A DNA stretch of 63,806 nucleotides, filler included, from Thelocarpon superellum (taxonomy: Eukaryota): the NCBI GenBank assembly GCA_026025795.1. It is 3 parts of 3 records of this genome, joined end to end, with 100 filler letters (N's around TTAATTAATTAA, not from the genome) between each part and the next. Parts side by side here need not be neighbours in the genome. Positions count along the whole stretch, not along the records: positions 42,805 to 63,806 come from JAPEUG010000315.1; 2 more parts are not named here. The stretch is one strand, 5' to 3'. Numbering within the stretch: the first letter of the stretch is position 1; each line of letters starts with the position of its first letter. The translations under genes and the position numbers were made by a program. The notes below the pieces were generated by a model, which was not told the DNA's origin, did not search any database, and worked only from the letters and a program-made list of their open reading frames with translations. This document shows positions 60,687-63,806 of the stretch, one piece after another.

Positions 60687-63067
60687 TTACGGATCAACGT
60701 CCCGTTCCAGCCGAAACAACCTTGATCCATCCTTGAGGCTCGTCTGTCCCAGACCCTGCACCTCCTTCCACGCGTCTGGATATCGCTGCTGGGCCCACTC
60801 CTCCACGCGATCCTTGCGATTTTGGCCGGGCATCGCGTTGTACATCGTGCCCAATCTGCAGCGCCCATCTCTGTCAGCTGAGCCATCGGATGCACGTCGG
60901 CAACTCACATTGACACGTCGACCTCAATGCCGATTTCTCCCAGTTCTTCTAACCCCTTGATGACTTCCTTCAGCTCTCCTTGACCCGCCAGCGCTCCCAC
61001 ATACGCCGCCGCGACCTCCCGACTGATCGTCACCTCCGGCATCTTCATCAGCCGTTGCCAGATGGCCCGGGCCTGTCGCTCTCCAAATGGCGCGCCTTCG
61101 CACGCCTGCAATGCAATGATGATGCTAGCGTAGCTCGGCCCCTGGCGAGATCGGAGAATGTCCTCCCAGAATTCCAGGCTGCGTAGGGGCATGTCGGCCG
61201 CCGTGTAGGCTAGCATCAACACGTTATAGAGTTGTGTCGTGGGCTCGATGGCGGAGTCCAGTTTCAGCATGTTGTGCACCATCTCCAGCCCCTCGAGATC
61301 CGCGGCGCGAGCGATGCCCGTAAGACACTCAATGTACGTGGCGAGCACCGGACGTCCGTCCGGCTGAAAGCTCTGCCGCATGTGACCAAAGACGTGGCAG
61401 GCCATGTCGGAACGGCGCCGGCCGAAGAATTCCTTCATGAGCTGCGTGCGTTGCGCGACAGACGTCTCGTCGAAGCCTTGGCGCAGGATCGAATATGCGT
61501 CCCAGGCGAGCGCGTTGGGATTCTGCCGGTCGAGGACGAAGTCGACAAAGACGGAGATGAGAGACGCCCGCTCGGCGATTGAGTAGTGGAAGGTGTGGGA
61601 CTGCAGCAGGTCGTGCACGTCGTAGAGTTCTTCCCGTTGGAGATGCATCGTACACAGCGCCGAAACGGTCGGCGGATCCAGTCGAGCCCGTCGTTCGCCT
61701 AGATCCGTCACCATCGCCGTGATGGTCGAGTGGGGAGGACGCTTTGAGGCGCACAAGGCCCGGATCAATCGATTGATCACGGGCAAGTCCTCGCCGTCCC
61801 TCACTTCCTCGCCTTGGAGCGCATCATACGCCACCCGGGCCCCGTCCAGATCCCCCACCTTGATCCGATAGTCCATCTGGAGGATGTACGTCCGTGCGTC
61901 CGGTATCATCCCTCGTTTCTGGCCCAGCGCCACATATCGCTCCGCCGCGTAGGGATCGTTCCGGGAATTCGCCAACTCAATCAGCTCATTGATGGTCTCG
62001 ATGTCCGGACGAACGGCCTCGTCCTTATTGCGTCGGATCATCACGTCCATCATCCGATCCACCTCATCCACCCCCTTGCCCAATGCCGCTCCCCACTGAA
62101 AGATGACGTCCCACGTTCGTTTGTCCGGCGTACCTTCCAGGATCCTTCGAAATACCGTTTCACCCCAGTCCATCTCATCATTTCTGATGCAGAACCTCAA
62201 CAGCTGAGCGTTGGTGTGATAGGTAGGTGATTCGCCATCCACTATCGACCGTTCGTACCATTCCCGCGTCCGGCCAGCGTCGTCTTTGAGGGCGTAGAAC
62301 AACGTCATGACCTGGTGGAATTTGGCGTCGAACGGAACCCCAGCCTCCGCCATCATCGAGAGACTCTTCAGCAGTTCTTCCTCATTCTCTTCCAACGTAA
62401 ACCCCTCGGCCACGTGAAGCCACATTCGACGACCGTTCTGATCTGGATCTATCCTCCACATGGGCTCCACCACATCACGGGCGTCCAAGGAAGACCCCGT
62501 CTGACACAGGACTGCCACGTACGACAGCACGTCTTCCGGTCTGGAAGCCTCCGTATCGCTCCTTTCCCTCCGCTCGATCTCCGCAAACAATTCCCGGGCC
62601 AACTGATTATGAGCCTCGAGCTTGTCCTTGGGTACACGCGTCAATGCTCCGAGAGCGATCCGAAGATCCTGTAGGTCAAGGCCGAAGCCTTCGGCCGCGT
62701 TCGTCTCCTGTAGATGTTGAAAGGTCCGGAGGACGTGTCGGGCCTGGATCTCCTGCAGCGGCTCGCGCGACTTCACCTTCGCTCTGAAGAAGCTCCGGAA
62801 GGCCGGCACAAGCTCCGAGGCGGGGGGGGTCCGAGCATGGGCGGTCGCAAGCGCATTCAATTCCAGCATTTTGCCCAACCCGGGATCGAGGTCGGCCGAT
62901 CGAAGGTGACGCTGTGGTTTGCGGGCGAAGCCGAAGATGCTTCGTCGATGGGAAAAGACGTGGTTTCCTATCGATCCAGTCCTGATCACAGATAGCGCGA
63001 ACTGATGTCGACATGGTTCGTTGTAGAGAATTCGTCGAAACACCTGGCGTGTGAGGTGAGATTGCAT
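60687..63067 (-). CDS. Mitochondrial PPR-like protein, complex I intermediate-associated protein 84 (CIA84-like)
   Basis: Presequence MQSHLTRQVFRRIL; helical PPR-like repeats (PDKRTWDVIFQW, RPDIETINELIE, PDARTYILQMDY, PTTQLYNVLMLAY); one intron near the 3' end. Confidence 0.82.
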
Positions 63068-63367
63068 CTCGAGGATGGACAAGAGCTAGAGCTGGTCAAT
63101 CGCTGCACAAGCTCTCCGCCGTGGAACGGGGAACCGTACCTGGTTGGCCGAGCTCAGATCCTGATCACTGTCGTGAGACAACCACGGTCGATGACGGATC
63201 AAGAATTACAGTGTCATGGTGGTGAGAAGGAGCTTGAGAACATTGTGCCTGTCCAAGTTGATCGTTGAGAGAGGCGACTTCTGACTTCGCCAGTCACCGA
63301 CGACGTGATACTGGACGAGAATCTTCATCGACCACACCACAACCAGACTGACCTCATCACACCCACA

Positions 63368-63806
63368 ATGCCACCACAATTACCCCTCCACCGACTGACC
63401 AGATGTCAGTCATTACAAGAGATCACTTCCCTGCAATCATCACATCATGTCTTCACGACGACGAGAGCCTTCGCCGATGATACGACCCCCGACAGCTTCC
63501 GTCGACGAGCTCCTCCTGCACGGAGCGACTCACCCGTGATCAAGCTTCCACGAAATCCGTCGTCCGAGAATTACAGTCGCATCTTCAGCATGAGCCGTGA
63601 ATTGGTCTCGGAGCTCGGGGCCAAGCAGGCGGCCAAGCGGGCGGAGATGGCAGAGGCTGCAGCCAAGATCGCCGAGTTTGGCCGCGCCGTGGACCTCGAG
63701 AAACAGCAGACGCGCAAATGGCGGGCGGGGGATGTATATGCACCGCACGATCTGAGCCCCATGGAGATGATCAAATGGAAGCGAAGGAATCGGCCGGATA
63801 AAGATG
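63368..63806 (+). CDS. RSM18: Mitochondrial small-subunit ribosomal protein bS18m (partial, runs off the window)
   Basis: Own translation: MPPQLPLHRL...DLEKQQTRKWRAGDVYAPHDLSPMEMIKWKRR; the GDVYAPHDLS motif is typical of filamentous-fungal Rsm18. Confidence 0.8.
   Translation, partial: MPPQLPLHRLTRCQSLQEITSLQSSHHVFTTTRAFADDTTPDSFRRRAPPARSDSPVIKLPRNPSSENYSRIFSMSRELVSELGAKQAAKRAEMAEAAAKIAEFGRAVDLEKQQTRKWRAGDVYAPHDLSPMEMIKWKRRNRPDKD

Overview
GC-rich, intron-containing eukaryotic DNA from a filamentous ascomycete (Pezizomycotina-type genes, short GT-AG introns with CTRAC/CTCAC branch sites). The window is not contiguous: two 100-nt artificial spacers (44 N + TTAATTAATTAA + 44 N, at 21336-21435 and 42705-42804) join three contigs, so neighbourhoods across them are unreliable. 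Most of the ~25 genes are housekeeping: CTR9, a phospholipid acyltransferase, POS5, a lipid-droplet hydrolase, DCP1, a DUF89/ARMT1 phosphatase, an OCRL-like 5-phosphatase, a secretory-type glutaredoxin, DPP3, SFH1, RPN13, RPL6, RPL9, SCY1, VAC7, SWE1/WEE1, IMP3, CIA84 and RSM18. There is also an intron-containing tRNA-Ala(AGC). Accessory content: a small secreted 8-Cys effector-like protein, an M35 deuterolysin, a multi-TM fungal protein needing a GC-AG intron, two uncharacterised proteins and a frameshifted GGCT/AIG2-like pseudogene. I could not establish a novel multi-gene system from sequence alone. Best leads: the orphan cysteine-rich secreted protein, a speculative telomerase-RNA-like template in a 4-kb gene-free interval, an RPN13 intron whose retention would give a Pru-only isoform, and an LTR-like fragment just downstream of the tRNA. 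All calls come from reading the sequence; no database searches were run.
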